From contig JAJYLL010000003.1 of the NCBI GenBank assembly GCA_021787735.1, positions 22,699 to 86,698 of the forward strand: a DNA stretch of 64,000 nt. Reading direction: 5' to 3'. Source of the stretch: Acidobacteriota bacterium. Its GTDB lineage: Bacteria > Acidobacteriota > Terriglobia > UBA7540. Position 1 is the stretch's first letter. The number at the start of each line of letters is the position of its first letter. A program made the position numbers and the translations under genes. This document shows, piece by piece, positions 1 through 9,548 of the stretch. Below the pieces are notes generated by a model that saw only the letters and a program-made list of their open reading frames with translations, ran no database searches and was not told the origin of the DNA.

Positions 1-658
1 TAAAGACATACGGATAACCGTGACTTTCGTGCAGGTTTCCGTTTTTCCGTATGACGTATACCGACAACTCGCGGGCGCTGGGGACTGTTGCCACAAGATA
101 ATTGCCGTCCGGGCTGACCTTCAGGCTCGACATCGGCCCGTCGGCCGCTATCGGAGAATGATCCACAATCGTGAGCGCTCCCGTGGCATCAATGCTGTAT
201 ATGGTGATTTGCCCAAGCGTGCCTGCACTGCCCGCGTAAAGATACTTGCCGTCCGGCGTGGCCGCCAATGAAATGCCTGAGCCGGAGGCGGAGTCGTTAA
301 AAGCATTCGTCAGGAACGGCGAGCCGAGTACAGGCGTCAGAAATCCTGAGCCGGGATCAATAGCAAAAGCACTGACCGTGTTTGATCCGGAATTGGAAGC
401 GTAAAGAAAGTTGTTGACGATGATAATGCGTGTGGCCGAGTCCCAACATCCGCCGCTCCCTGCCCCGCCGGTCGCAAATGGAGACCCGGCAATTGGACCC
501 AGGCCACCCACGGCGTCGAACGAATAGGCAGAGATGGTGTTTCCAGTGTTCCCGCCCGCAAGGTCATTATTCGTGTAAAGATACTGTGCTGACAGCGCAA
601 TTGGAAAGAACGCCAGGAAAGCCGCTGTCCAGATGGAATGCTTCACGATTTTTTGCAT
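1..658 (-). CDS. exported beta-propeller fold lactonase-like protein; N-terminus present, C-terminus runs off the window
   Basis: Absent from the ORF track because it leaves the window. Hand translation of the minus strand from ATG 658 (purine-rich SD GGAGAGGGGAGAG just upstream) gives MQKIVKHSIWTAAFLAFFPIALSAQ, a signal peptide. It continues through repeated lactonase/YVTN-like blades (NTVSAFAIDP, ATPDGKYLYAG, VSPDGNYLVAT) with no stop down to position 2. Confidence 0.7.
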   Translation of the reverse strand, partial: MQKIVKHSIWTAAFLAFFPIALSAQYLYTNNDLAGGNTGNTISAYSFDAVGGLGPIAGSPFATGGAGSGGCWDSATRIIIVNNFLYASNSGSNTVSAFAIDPGSGFLTPVLGSPFLTNAFNDSASGSGISLAATPDGKYLYAGSAGTLGQITIYSIDATGALTIVDHSPIAADGPMSSLKVSPDGNYLVATVPSARELSVYVIRKNGNLHESHGYPYVF

Positions 659-1061
659 CAAACTCTCCCCTCTCCTTTTTCTCGCTTACGCTGCGAGTGC
701 CCGGACCCGTTTCCGAACCGGTCGATCTGCCCTGCAATCAGCAACCCACCAGCCCGGCAAGAAGTAACCCGGCTTGCCAAACAACGCCTTTGTAATCATT
801 GTGGCGCAATGAACATGGGCTATTGGAATTGCGCCAGCCACGGGAACCTTTCCGGCCCCGTGTTGCACTGTCTGCATCGGGGGACAGAAATTTCGCTGTA
901 TCCCATTCCTGTTGCGGCACTTCCTGCCGCACAACGGGAATAATACAAGATTCTAGTCGCCCATAGCACAGATGTCAATACGTTAGCTAGTTATTGGCTA
1001 GATATCCAATAAAGGAAGGGTTAGACTCGCCTCCGCCTGACAGGGCACACTCTTGCAGATC

Positions 1062-1409
1062 CTATTCCTTTGCCAGTTCCGGCTCGGCAGCAGGGCACAC
1101 GGAGTCCCTGATCCATTGCAGGTAGTTGGGCGATCCATCGATAATCGGCAGGCAGATAATCTCCGGCGTGTGGTAGGAATGGATCAGGGCAATTTCTGTC
1201 TTCACCTGCGGAAACAGCTCGCGGCGGGTCTTGATAAACAACAAGAATTCTTTGCTCTGCTGGACTTTGCCCTCCCAGCGATAAACTGACTGGATTGGCT
1301 GCGTAATATTCACGCAGGCGGCTAGTTTCTCCTCAATCAGCCGCCGGGCAATCTTGCGACACTCCCGCCGGCTTGAAGCCGTCACCATGATGACAACATT
1401 GTCTGTCAC
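1062..1409 (-). CDS. cutA: divalent-cation tolerance protein CutA
   Basis: C-terminal 115 aa of ORF 1062..1553 match the CutA1 pattern (VVIMVTASS..AACVNI..SVYRWEGKV...E.LL.IKT). GTG at 1409 is preceded by AAGGAGG, so the longer ORF-track start is unlikely. Confidence 0.85.
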   Translation of the reverse strand: MTDNVVIMVTASSRRECRKIARRLIEEKLAACVNITQPIQSVYRWEGKVQQSKEFLLFIKTRRELFPQVKTEIALIHSYHTPEIICLPIIDGSPNYLQWIRDSVCPAAEPELAKE

Positions 1410-1766
1410 GGGTCCTCCTTGCAAGGCGGCACGGGCACCAGAGAGGGCTTCTTCCGAGCGGCAAAGCAGGGGATGCAGCAGGTGAAAAGTTCCTGCCACC
1501 CTCAAATGCCCAACCCATCCGCCAAGTTGCCAGAGCTTACTTTGAAGATACACCCGGCGTCAGGCCATCGCCAGAAGTATCGGGATGGGAGCGAGGCGAT
1601 AATCTGGAGGCCATGCTTAGAGATTGGACATGTCTCATCAGGTAATAGTTTGCTTGCATTTGACCCGGGAAACAGTGGTATCCTAGCTCTTGTGTCGGCA
1701 ATGGCACCGCGGGCAGCGCCAGCCCGGCGGGGACATATGCCGGGTCACGGCCCTTGTTGAAGACTT

Positions 1767-2126
1767 ATGAAGCCGTTTAATTGGGATCCAGAATCGTTCA
1801 GGCGCACTGCCATTTTCGTAATGGCGCTTATCACCCTTTTCATTCTGGTGAGCGAGATTTTCGGTCCGAACGGCTACATGACTCTCCGGCGAGAGAAAAA
1901 GAAATACACCCACCTCAAGCAACAGATTCAAACGCTGTCAGAACAGAACCAGCAACTCGAGCAGAAAATCAACGCGCTGAAGACCAATCCTGAGGCAGTC
2001 GAAAAGCAGGCCCGCGACCAGCTTTACCTGGCCAAACCGGGTGAAATCATTTACATGCTGCCTGACCGGCCATCGGCACAGACTTCAGCCGCCTCACAGC
2101 CGACTTCACGCGCAAAGGGCCACTGA
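1767..2126 (+). CDS. ftsB: septum formation initiator FtsB/DivIC family cell-division protein
   Basis: One N-terminal TM helix (AIFVMALITLFILV), then a coiled coil (LKQQIQTLSEQNQQLEQKINALK) and the conserved EKQARDQLYLAKPGEI tail. Confidence 0.8.
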   Translation: MKPFNWDPESFRRTAIFVMALITLFILVSEIFGPNGYMTLRREKKKYTHLKQQIQTLSEQNQQLEQKINALKTNPEAVEKQARDQLYLAKPGEIIYMLPDRPSAQTSAASQPTSRAKGH

Positions 2127-2229
2127 CAACCCTAAACCAGCAGAATACAGGGGACTCTTGCATTGTGGGCCAGAGAGTGGTGTGCCGGTCCCGCATCGGG
2201 TCTTCCGGCACGCAGCCCGGAAATCCGCT

Positions 2230-3009
2230 TCAGCGGACCACGCCTTCCAGAGGGCTGGAAGCTGTGGCATAAAGCTTTTTCGGTATGCGCCCGGCCAGGT
2301 AAGCCTTGCGCCCTGCGGCGATAGCGTCCTTCATGGCCTCGGCCATCAGGACGGCATCCTGCGCTCCTGCAATTCCGGTGTTCATCAATACGCCATCGGC
2401 GCCCAACTCCATGGCGAGCGCCGCATCGGACGCAGTGCCGACGCCAGCATCCACAATCAGAGGAACCTCCGTAATCATTTCGCGCAGAATGCGCAGATTG
2501 GTAATGTTCTGTATGCCCATCCCGGAACCGATCGGAGCGCCCAACGGCATCACGGCTGCCGCTCCGGCATCAATCAGGCGCCGGGCGGTCACCAGGTCGT
2601 CGTTGGTGTAGGGCAGCACGACAAAGCCTTCCTTCGCCAGCGTCTCGGTGGCTTTCACCAGTTCAAAGTTGTCCGGGAAAAGCGTCTTCTGGTCGCCGAT
2701 AACTTCCAGCTTGATCCAGTTGGATAAACCCACCTCTCGCGCCAGGCGAGCAGTCCGCACGGCCTCATCGGCGCTATAGCAACCGGCGGTGTTGGGCAGA
2801 ATAAAGAATTTCTTCCGGTCGATGTAATCCAGCATCGACTCCTTGCTCTTGTCCGTCAGGTTCACGCGCCGCACGGCTACCGTTACGACCTCCGCGCCGG
2901 AAGCTTCATGCGCGCTCACCATCTCCTGGAAGGTCTTGTATTTTCCTGTTCCTACAAATAATCGCGAGCGGAATTCTCTGTCCGCAATCTTCAAAACATC
3001 ATTGTCCAT
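2230..3009 (-). CDS. thiG: thiazole synthase ThiG
   Basis: [39 protein letters not shown] are ThiG signatures. ATG 3009 has GGAGAA upstream; the track start at 3054 looks over-extended. Confidence 0.93.
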   Translation of the reverse strand: MDNDVLKIADREFRSRLFVGTGKYKTFQEMVSAHEASGAEVVTVAVRRVNLTDKSKESMLDYIDRKKFFILPNTAGCYSADEAVRTARLAREVGLSNWIKLEVIGDQKTLFPDNFELVKATETLAKEGFVVLPYTNDDLVTARRLIDAGAAAVMPLGAPIGSGMGIQNITNLRILREMITEVPLIVDAGVGTASDAALAMELGADGVLMNTGIAGAQDAVLMAEAMKDAIAAGRKAYLAGRIPKKLYATASSPLEGVVR

Positions 3010-3150
3010 GGGTCCTGATTTCTCCTTCCCGACCATTCTAATACAAACGAGCACGGGCTAGCGGCGCGAATGGACAGGAATCACGGCGTGGCGCGATGCC
3101 ACTCGGCGTCGCACATTCCCCTCCCTGCATGCCCCAACGCTTGCCCGGCA

Positions 3151-5220
3151 TCAATAATGAAAACCGAGAAGGTTCCAGTACACAAAAAACCAGACGAAGG
3201 CCAGCCCTGCGGCAGCTATCAGGCCGTAATGCAGCCGGCCCCACACGGACCACATCCGCAATTTCCACGCCCGCACCGCAAACCAGACCACAAGAGCCGT
3301 CAATGCTGTTGTCACGATGGGAACCCACAGCAACACCTTGATTGCCGCCGGAACGCCATAAACAAAATCCCAGTCATCCATGCGCGTGAGCAGATGCAGC
3401 ATCTCGACAATGAAAAAGACGTTCAGCAATCCGAGCGCCGCCGCTGTCCATCGAGCCCGGCACCCTGCAGCGGCTTGCTCGGAAGGCCTCTTACGCAAAC
3501 GCCGGACCAACCAGCCGACGGGCCACAAAACACACCCCGATAGAAACACCAGCATCAGCGCCTTGACCAGCGCCACCTGGAACCGGGCCGTTCCATTCCA
3601 CTGAATTTTCTCGTAGCTGTCACGGTCCGTGAACAGACGCGCCACGTTTCCGTGTTTGTCGAAATCGAAGACAGCATGGCCCTGCCCGCCGCTTGACAGG
3701 AAATAATCTGGCGCAAGAGCAGTCCATCGCTCCGAGGGCATGAACTTGTGAGGGTAATGGAATTGGAGCGACCCATCGGGATTGGCTGTGATCCGGAACT
3801 GCCAGTAGAGCGTGATCAGCTTTTCAAACGTGCGCCGCGAATATGGATTGCTTCGATAGTTCCCCGTAAACTTCCGGAGTTCCGCCGCCGAAAGGCGCAG
3901 CGTCTCGTCCGGCTCAGGGTTATTCTCTTCCGGGTAAAAATGGTCGAAGAAAATCTGGATGAAGTCCTCTTCGAACCTGGACTCGTCGCGGTTGAAAACC
4001 AGAAAAAATCCCACGTGCTCTTTCCGCACCATCATCAGCAGGCTGGCAAAGCCGCGGATGTTTCCCCCGTGTCCAATCGCGCGGCTGCCGTTCACAGACC
4101 GCTCGTAGAAGCCAAACGTTCGGCCCGCCAGGCGCGGATCATCGGTAGATTGCCTAGTATGCAGCTCGCTCACGGATTTTTCACTCAGAATCCGCGCGCC
4201 GCCATATTGGCCACCATCCATCTGCGCGATCAGGAAGTGCGACATGTCCGCGGCCGTGGAATAAAGACCCGCCGCAGGACCGATATTGAAATAGTCAATC
4301 GGCTGCCGAACGTAACTCCCACGATGATATTCATAACCCGTTGCAAGGTGCGCGGGCAGGTCCCGCGTCAACCGGAAACCGCTGTCGAGCATGTCGAGCG
4401 GCTGCAGGATGTTCTTCTCAATGTACGCGTCGAAAGGCTCGCCGGAAATCTTCTGCACAAGATAACCCTCCAAAGAAACGCCAAAACTAGAATAGCTGTA
4501 GATTTTCCCCGGAGGCATCATGACCGGCGGCATCTGCCGTGCCAGAAACGCGCCAAGCGGAACAACGCGCGAGGGGCTGCGCGCCGCAATCCCGATAAGG
4601 CTGGCGTCCAGGCCAGCGGAATGCGTTAGAAGTTCGGCCAAGGTCACGGGCTGCGAGTAGGAATCATCCACCTTGAAGCACGTAAGGTACTGGTTGACGT
4701 TTGCGCGCAGGTCAAGCTTTCCCTGCTCGACAAGTTGAAGCACCGCCGCTGCCGTGAAAACTTTTGAGACCGAGCCCACGCTGAAAACCGTCTGCTCCGG
4801 AACCACCGGAACCTTCTTTGCAAGATCTGCGTAGCCGTATCCCTTGCTGAAAACGACCTTATCGTCTTTCACCAGCGCGAAAGCAGCGCCGGGAATATGC
4901 CAGCGAACCATTTCCCGCGCAAAGAAACTATCGAAGTAGTCTTCCAGCTCCGCCTGATTAGGAAATGCCCAACCGGCAGGACCTTCCGGGAGCTTCCTGG
5001 CCCTGGACGCGCGCCCGCTGCCGCTTGGTCCCGCGACTGCACCCAGCAACACGCCGCTGACCATGATAGGAAAAAACAGCGACAGCGAATGCACCGTTAA
5101 TTTCTTTGCTTCGTATGTCCGCCCCACGGTCTTCAATTCACCGCCCTCGAATTCATTCGCCCGTATAAGCGCAAGGTCACAAGCGGGAACCTCGCCCGCA
5201 AGCCAGGAATTGCCTCTCAA
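3151..5220 (-). CDS. beta-lactamase-family serine hydrolase with a C-terminal 4-TM membrane domain
   Basis: SxxK motif (FSVGSVSKVFTAAAV) in a class C/PBP-like domain. The C-terminal ~150 aa has four hydrophobic helices. The start is uncertain: the track uses TTG 5220, and GTG 5094 sits just before the signal-like segment SLSLFFPIMVSGVLLGAVAG. Confidence 0.85.
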   Translation of the reverse strand: MRGNSWLAGEVPACDLALIRANEFEGGELKTVGRTYEAKKLTVHSLSLFFPIMVSGVLLGAVAGPSGSGRASRARKLPEGPAGWAFPNQAELEDYFDSFFAREMVRWHIPGAAFALVKDDKVVFSKGYGYADLAKKVPVVPEQTVFSVGSVSKVFTAAAVLQLVEQGKLDLRANVNQYLTCFKVDDSYSQPVTLAELLTHSAGLDASLIGIAARSPSRVVPLGAFLARQMPPVMMPPGKIYSYSSFGVSLEGYLVQKISGEPFDAYIEKNILQPLDMLDSGFRLTRDLPAHLATGYEYHRGSYVRQPIDYFNIGPAAGLYSTAADMSHFLIAQMDGGQYGGARILSEKSVSELHTRQSTDDPRLAGRTFGFYERSVNGSRAIGHGGNIRGFASLLMMVRKEHVGFFLVFNRDESRFEEDFIQIFFDHFYPEENNPEPDETLRLSAAELRKFTGNYRSNPYSRRTFEKLITLYWQFRITANPDGSLQFHYPHKFMPSERWTALAPDYFLSSGGQGHAVFDFDKHGNVARLFTDRDSYEKIQWNGTARFQVALVKALMLVFLSGCVLWPVGWLVRRLRKRPSEQAAAGCRARWTAAALGLLNVFFIVEMLHLLTRMDDWDFVYGVPAAIKVLLWVPIVTTALTALVVWFAVRAWKLRMWSVWGRLHYGLIAAAGLAFVWFFVYWNLLGFHY

Positions 5221-5352
5221 GAAAGATCCTCGTGCAAAATGCGAAACGTAGCACTAATTATGGAGCGTAGCGGGGAATGTTACGGGCCGACGCCACGCGA
5301 ACGGTTCGGCTGGAATTCATGTCGTGGGCCCGGGGCATGATAATGGCTTGGA

Positions 5353-5520
5353 TTAGCGGGGCATGATGCGGTCTCGAAGTTGAGATATTGATTCCTCAAG
5401 CCGCCGGTGAATGTACGACTCGTAAAACTTGATTTTCTTGCGCTGCTGCCTCATGTAAACCGCGCCTATGATAATGCCACAGATCAGTCCGGCGAAGAAT
5501 ACGGCAATGGAGTTCAGCAT
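5353..5520 (-). CDS. hypothetical small single-TM protein (55 aa)
   Basis: Only the 3' third of ORF 5353..5835 looks protein-like (MLNSIAVFFAGLICGIIIGAVYMRQQRKKIKFYESY...). The SD is weak and no family was recognised. Confidence 0.3.
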   Translation of the reverse strand: MLNSIAVFFAGLICGIIIGAVYMRQQRKKIKFYESYIHRRLEESISQLRDRIMPR

Positions 5521-6122
5521 CTTTCCCGTCTCAGGAACAGACATTCCAGCAAGCGCCGGCTGAAGGAAGCAGATTGAAACCAGTATCGGTGAAAGGGTAC
5601 AGCGAACCCGCCGATTCCGAATGCCCCGCAGATCTTGGCTGAGCAACCGCATCTTCTGCCCAAAAAATCGCGCCGAACGGAAGGCAAACAAGTCCTCTTC
5701 CCCGGGTAGGCCCAGAGAGCAGTGCCCGGTCAAACGAGCTAACTGTCCGGCAGAAGGTAGAAAATTTACGTTTTTCGCCAATTCTCGACAAGATACAGGC
5801 AACGGAGTTGCCAATCCGGTAGAGGGTCCGGCCAAAATTCAAGTTCCTGAAAACACATGACATCGGGGGAAACCCCCAAGAACGATGTGGAAAAATATTG
5901 CACACATCGCGTAACTTCTTCATGATAAGGCAGGAAGTAAGCTTACTGCAATAGCCTCCAACCGGACCGACAGGAATCTGTCCCAACGGACAGGTAGAAT
6001 ATAGTCATGAGTCCTTCTTAAGAAGCGCGCACGTACGAAAATCTGTTGACGGAACCGTCAGGCACAGGCATTCTTGTGTTTTAGCCCCGGCAAGAAAGTG
6101 CCTGGGTGCACGGCCCCTGGGA

Positions 6123-6920
6123 ATGAGAAAAGGTATCTTTTTCAAGGTATTACTGGTTGGACTGATACTCGCAAGCGGGTTGCTTGCGGCCCCTATAAGA
6201 GGGGTAGAAACTCCCGCGCATCAAGTCCTCATCTTCGACTACCACCGGTTCAACACATATCGCGCCGACAGCATGACCGTCAGAGTGTCCGTCTTCCGGT
6301 TTCAACTCCGGTACATGGCTGTGCATGGCTACCACTTCATCCCTCTAGCCCGCTACGTGGCCTACAGGATGGGGAAAGCCCCTCCGCCACCGACCAGGTC
6401 CGTGGTGATCACCATGGACGACGGCAACGAATCGGTTTACAAGTGGGCGCTTCCACTCGTGGAAAAGTACCGGATTCCAGTCACATTGTTCATTTACCCG
6501 TCAGCCATTTCGAACGCGTCCTACGCGATGACATGGCAGCAGCTCCGCACTCTCAAGGCGACCGGCCTTTTTGACATTCAATCGCACACTTACTGGCACC
6601 CGAATTTTAAAAGAGAGCAGAGGCGCTTGACGGCGAGTCAATTTAACAAGTTTGTGGATGTTCAGTTCCGGCGTTCCAGGGAGACGTTAGACAAGAAGCT
6701 GGGTATCAGAGTAAACATGCTCGCCTGGCCGTTTGGGATATATAACAAGCAGCTCGAAAAGAAAGCCTACGAAGATGGATACACGGCGGCATTTGCCCTT
6801 GACGGAAGGCACGCCGGAGATGCTGACAACATTATGCAGATTTCACGCTATCTAGTCACCGATAAGGACAGCGGCCGCCTCTTTGAAGACATTCTCAAGG
6901 GCACACCTGCGCAGCGCTAG
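6123..6920 (+). CDS. polysaccharide deacetylase (NodB homology, CE4) family protein, exported
   Basis: Signal peptide MRKGIFFKVLLVGLILASGLLAAP. NodB motifs VVITMDDG, PVTLFIYP and SHTYWHP are present. Confidence 0.85.
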   Translation: MRKGIFFKVLLVGLILASGLLAAPIRGVETPAHQVLIFDYHRFNTYRADSMTVRVSVFRFQLRYMAVHGYHFIPLARYVAYRMGKAPPPPTRSVVITMDDGNESVYKWALPLVEKYRIPVTLFIYPSAISNASYAMTWQQLRTLKATGLFDIQSHTYWHPNFKREQRRLTASQFNKFVDVQFRRSRETLDKKLGIRVNMLAWPFGIYNKQLEKKAYEDGYTAAFALDGRHAGDADNIMQISRYLVTDKDSGRLFEDILKGTPAQR

Positions 6921-6977
6921 GGTTCAATCGGCAGCCGAGTTCTCCGTACAACATCAAGAACGAATTCCCCACTCTGT

Positions 6978-7559
6978 TCACGGCTTAGCGGCTGGGAATT
7001 CCACTTTGGGCAGCTGTTGCGCTGCCGGCGTCGCGGCGAAATAAGCGTCGTTCCGCTGGAAGCCCGCCCAGCCGGCAAAGATGTTGTTCGGAAATTGGCC
7101 GATATATGCGTTGTAGTCCTGGATGGCGTCATCGTAGCGGCGGCGCTCAACCGCAATTCGATTTTCCGTGCCCGCCAGTTCATCCTGCAATCTCAAGAAA
7201 CTTTCATTCGACCGCAACTGCGGATAGTTCTCCGTCAGCGCCAGAACCTTCACTAGCGCGCCGTCCAGTTCCTGGTTTGCGGCGATCTTATCTTTGGGAG
7301 TCTGGGCGTTCATCAGGTTGGCACGGGCGTTGGCCACGGCGGTGAACACCGTGACCTCCTGCGCCGCAACGCCCTTGACCGTTGCCACGAGGTTGGGGAT
7401 CAGGTCCGCGCGGCGTTCCAGCACCACGGACACCTGCGCCCAGTCCGACTTGATCGCCTCATTTTTCCTCACCATCGTGTTTCGCGCGCTGACGTAGGTA
7501 CCGCCGAAAATCAACACGACCAGCACAATCACAATCAACACCACCCAGCCCTTTTTCAT
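6978..7559 (-). CDS. lemA: LemA family protein
   Basis: N-terminal TM helix, then LemA pattern (ARNTMVRKNEAIKSDWAQV...RRADLIPNLV..VKG.A..E..VF..V..AR, ENYP.L.S...F..LQ.EL..TENRI...R..YN). ATG 7559 is preceded by GGAGGAG; the track's TTG 7571 is less likely. Confidence 0.9.
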   Translation of the reverse strand: MKKGWVVLIVIVLVVLIFGGTYVSARNTMVRKNEAIKSDWAQVSVVLERRADLIPNLVATVKGVAAQEVTVFTAVANARANLMNAQTPKDKIAANQELDGALVKVLALTENYPQLRSNESFLRLQDELAGTENRIAVERRRYDDAIQDYNAYIGQFPNNIFAGWAGFQRNDAYFAATPAAQQLPKVEFPAAKP

Positions 7560-7605
7560 CGTCTCCTCCAAAATGCTGGCAGATTGAAAATTGAAACCGA
7601 CGCAT

Positions 7606-8325
7606 TCAGTCCGCGTTCGCCAGTCTGTGGTCCACTTCGTCCGTCACCCGCTCTATCACTTCCAGGTATTCCCGAAGAGTTGACCGCGCGCTTATCTCGC
7701 GAGGCTTGCACTTTCCTTCCCGTAAATCAAGGACCGCGAAGAAAGATTCTGGCCGGGACCCCGCGAAACGGGCGACATCGGTAACAACTTCACGGCGCCC
7801 CGCCGGTGGATTTTCTCCCAATGCGATCAGCGCGTGGCGGAACAATGTGACAAACGTGGACACGGACGCGTCCATCAGGTGCAGCAGCACCTGGTCTTTT
7901 TGCGGTGCCAGCAGAATCGCCTGCCGCAGCTTCACCCAGTTGGTCCGCAGCTCGCGCTCAACCTGCAACCGGTGCAACTGCATGGGCACCGCCAGTTCCG
8001 CAAAGAAGTCCTCGCCGTAAATCATCTTGTGGTGGGTCTTCATGTCGAGCAGTTCGATAGCAAAAATGTCCGCCGAAGCCCGCAATTCGCCCAGCGTAAA
8101 AACCTGCGGTGCAGGAAACTTCTTCCGCTCCCACCACACCGCCGCTTCGTGCAATGCTTCAAGTTCCTCCGCCCCGGCCCGATCGAGAACGCACAGGATG
8201 TTCAGGTCCGAATGCCGCTCGTGATACTCTCCGCGTGCCGCTGAACCAAACAGGACAATCGCCTTGAGATTTGCACCCGCCGCAGCCAGTAATTTATCCT
8301 TCAGTTCCGCCAGCAATTTTTCCAT
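7606..8325 (-). CDS. nucleotidyltransferase-domain protein (pol-beta/MNT-like) with a helical C-terminal domain
   Basis: LFGSAARGEYHERHSDLNILCVLD matches hG[GS]x9-13Dh[DE]h, except that Asn replaces the second acidic residue. The remaining ~170 aa look helical. Confidence 0.75.
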   Translation of the reverse strand: MEKLLAELKDKLLAAAGANLKAIVLFGSAARGEYHERHSDLNILCVLDRAGAEELEALHEAAVWWERKKFPAPQVFTLGELRASADIFAIELLDMKTHHKMIYGEDFFAELAVPMQLHRLQVERELRTNWVKLRQAILLAPQKDQVLLHLMDASVSTFVTLFRHALIALGENPPAGRREVVTDVARFAGSRPESFFAVLDLREGKCKPREISARSTLREYLEVIERVTDEVDHRLANAD

Positions 8326-8340
8326 GTGTTCTGCTCCGCC

Positions 8341-9210
8341 CTACCAGTTTCCGCTTGCTCCGCCGCCGCCAAACGATCCTCCGCCAAATCCTCCGAACCC
8401 GCCGCCGCCGCCGAAGCCCCCGCCGCCCCACGAACCACCGCCCCAGCCACCACCCATCCCGCCCATGAACCAGGGACCGGCCCACCACCACACGCTGTGC
8501 CCGCGCCCATATCGGCTTCGCCCTCCAAAAAGGCGCACGATCAGCCCCATCATGGGGAAAAACAGCATGAACAGAAAAAACAATAAGGGAAACAGATTGG
8601 GCCCTTGCACCTGCGACGCTTCGCCTTCGCTCTCTGAAGGTATCTGCTTTCCCGACAGCGAACTGAGCGTGACACCTCGGTCTTTGGCAATCACAGCGGC
8701 CACGCGCTCGGTCATCAGCAGCACCGCCGCGCTGTAATTGCCCTCGCGCAGCAGCGGCAGTGCCTGGCGCCCGAAATCTCCCACAAGGCCGTCGGGCAGA
8801 ATCGGCTCCAGTCCGTACCCAACCTCAAAGCGATACTGATGCTCGTTGGGCGCAAGCAGGATCATCACGCCGCGGTCTTTCTGCTTCGGCCCAATGCCCC
8901 AGTGCGTCGCCAAGTCAATAGAAAAGTCATCAATGGGTTCCCCATTGAGCGATTTCACCGTCACAACGGCGATCTGCGCCTGCGCCTTCTGGTCCACTTC
9001 CGTGCAGATGGCGTTCAACTCCTGCTGCGTTTCGGGATTGATCACGCCGGCAAAGTCATTGACGTAACCTTGCGGCTGCAAATCCTGGGGTTTCTGAGCG
9101 CGTGCAGTCGCAGCAAGAAACACCGCCAGGCAAAGCGTGCCTAGCGCAGTTACCAGCCGCCTGCTCCAGTCATTGGCCTTTCGTGGTCCCATTTTCATTT
9201 TCGGTGGCAT
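8341..9210 (-). CDS. TPM (YgcG-like) domain protein with a TM helix and a Gly-rich tail
   Basis: Signal peptide, then TPM pattern (YVNDFAGVI....Q.LN......D.KA.AQIAVVTV.SL.G..I.DF...L...WGIG.K..D.GV.ILL). A TM segment follows, then the tail GGMGGGWGGGSWGGGGFGGGGGFGGFGGGSFGGGG. Confidence 0.85.
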   Translation of the reverse strand: MPPKMKMGPRKANDWSRRLVTALGTLCLAVFLAATARAQKPQDLQPQGYVNDFAGVINPETQQELNAICTEVDQKAQAQIAVVTVKSLNGEPIDDFSIDLATHWGIGPKQKDRGVMILLAPNEHQYRFEVGYGLEPILPDGLVGDFGRQALPLLREGNYSAAVLLMTERVAAVIAKDRGVTLSSLSGKQIPSESEGEASQVQGPNLFPLLFFLFMLFFPMMGLIVRLFGGRSRYGRGHSVWWWAGPWFMGGMGGGWGGGSWGGGGFGGGGGFGGFGGGSFGGGGASGNW

Positions 9211-9548
9211 TACTCTCAGATTGACTTACGCACGTTCGGGCAGGAAAGTTTCTCCGCCTTGCACGGACAACTGCTCACGGCTGAGTTCTGTGAGTCGTTA
9301 CCGCGCGCGCCGCAAGGAATTCAAGTTCCATTATGAACCCGCGCCATGCCCGCAGGATAGCACTATCGGCACTCCATGCCTGGTCGGTGCCTCCGGGGAG
9401 GGTTTGTCAACTTCGCCCCGGATTGAGCCAGATATCTACTCCGGGCGCTCCGGCGGTGGCGAGTTCTAACTCGTGCTGAAGATGAGTGAAAGTTAGCGTT
9501 CCCGGCCGGCAGGACGCGTAAAAGAAAATTTCTGCGGTCCGCAACCTA

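Noticed and set aside
3010-3150. Possible TPP riboswitch upstream of thiG
   Set aside because: I looked on the minus strand for the THI-box core (CUGAGA ... ACCUGAUCUGGAUAAUGCCAGCG-like) and did not find it. Only a generic GC hairpin (about 3092-3111) is present.
5552-5562. 11-mer GAAGGAAGCAG identical to part of the SRP (4.5S) RNA domain IV
   Set aside because: The flanks cannot form the GGAA tetraloop helix (preceded by GCCGGCT, followed by ATTGAAACC). The complementary 3' strand of helix 8 is absent.
5353-5986. ORFs 5353..5835 and 5531..5986 as full-length genes or as a frameshifted pseudogene
   Set aside because: Apart from the last 55 codons of the first ORF, the translations are low-complexity and not protein-like. 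I recognised no family that would support a pseudogene call.
8264-8737. Pro-rich ORFs on the + strand (PPPPNDPPPNPPNPPPPPKPPPP...) and several Arg/Gly-rich ORFs overlapping 8271-8586
   Set aside because: They are the reverse-complement or frame-shifted shadows of the GGx-repeat tail of the TPM protein. The minus-strand gene has a recognisable domain, signal peptide and context.
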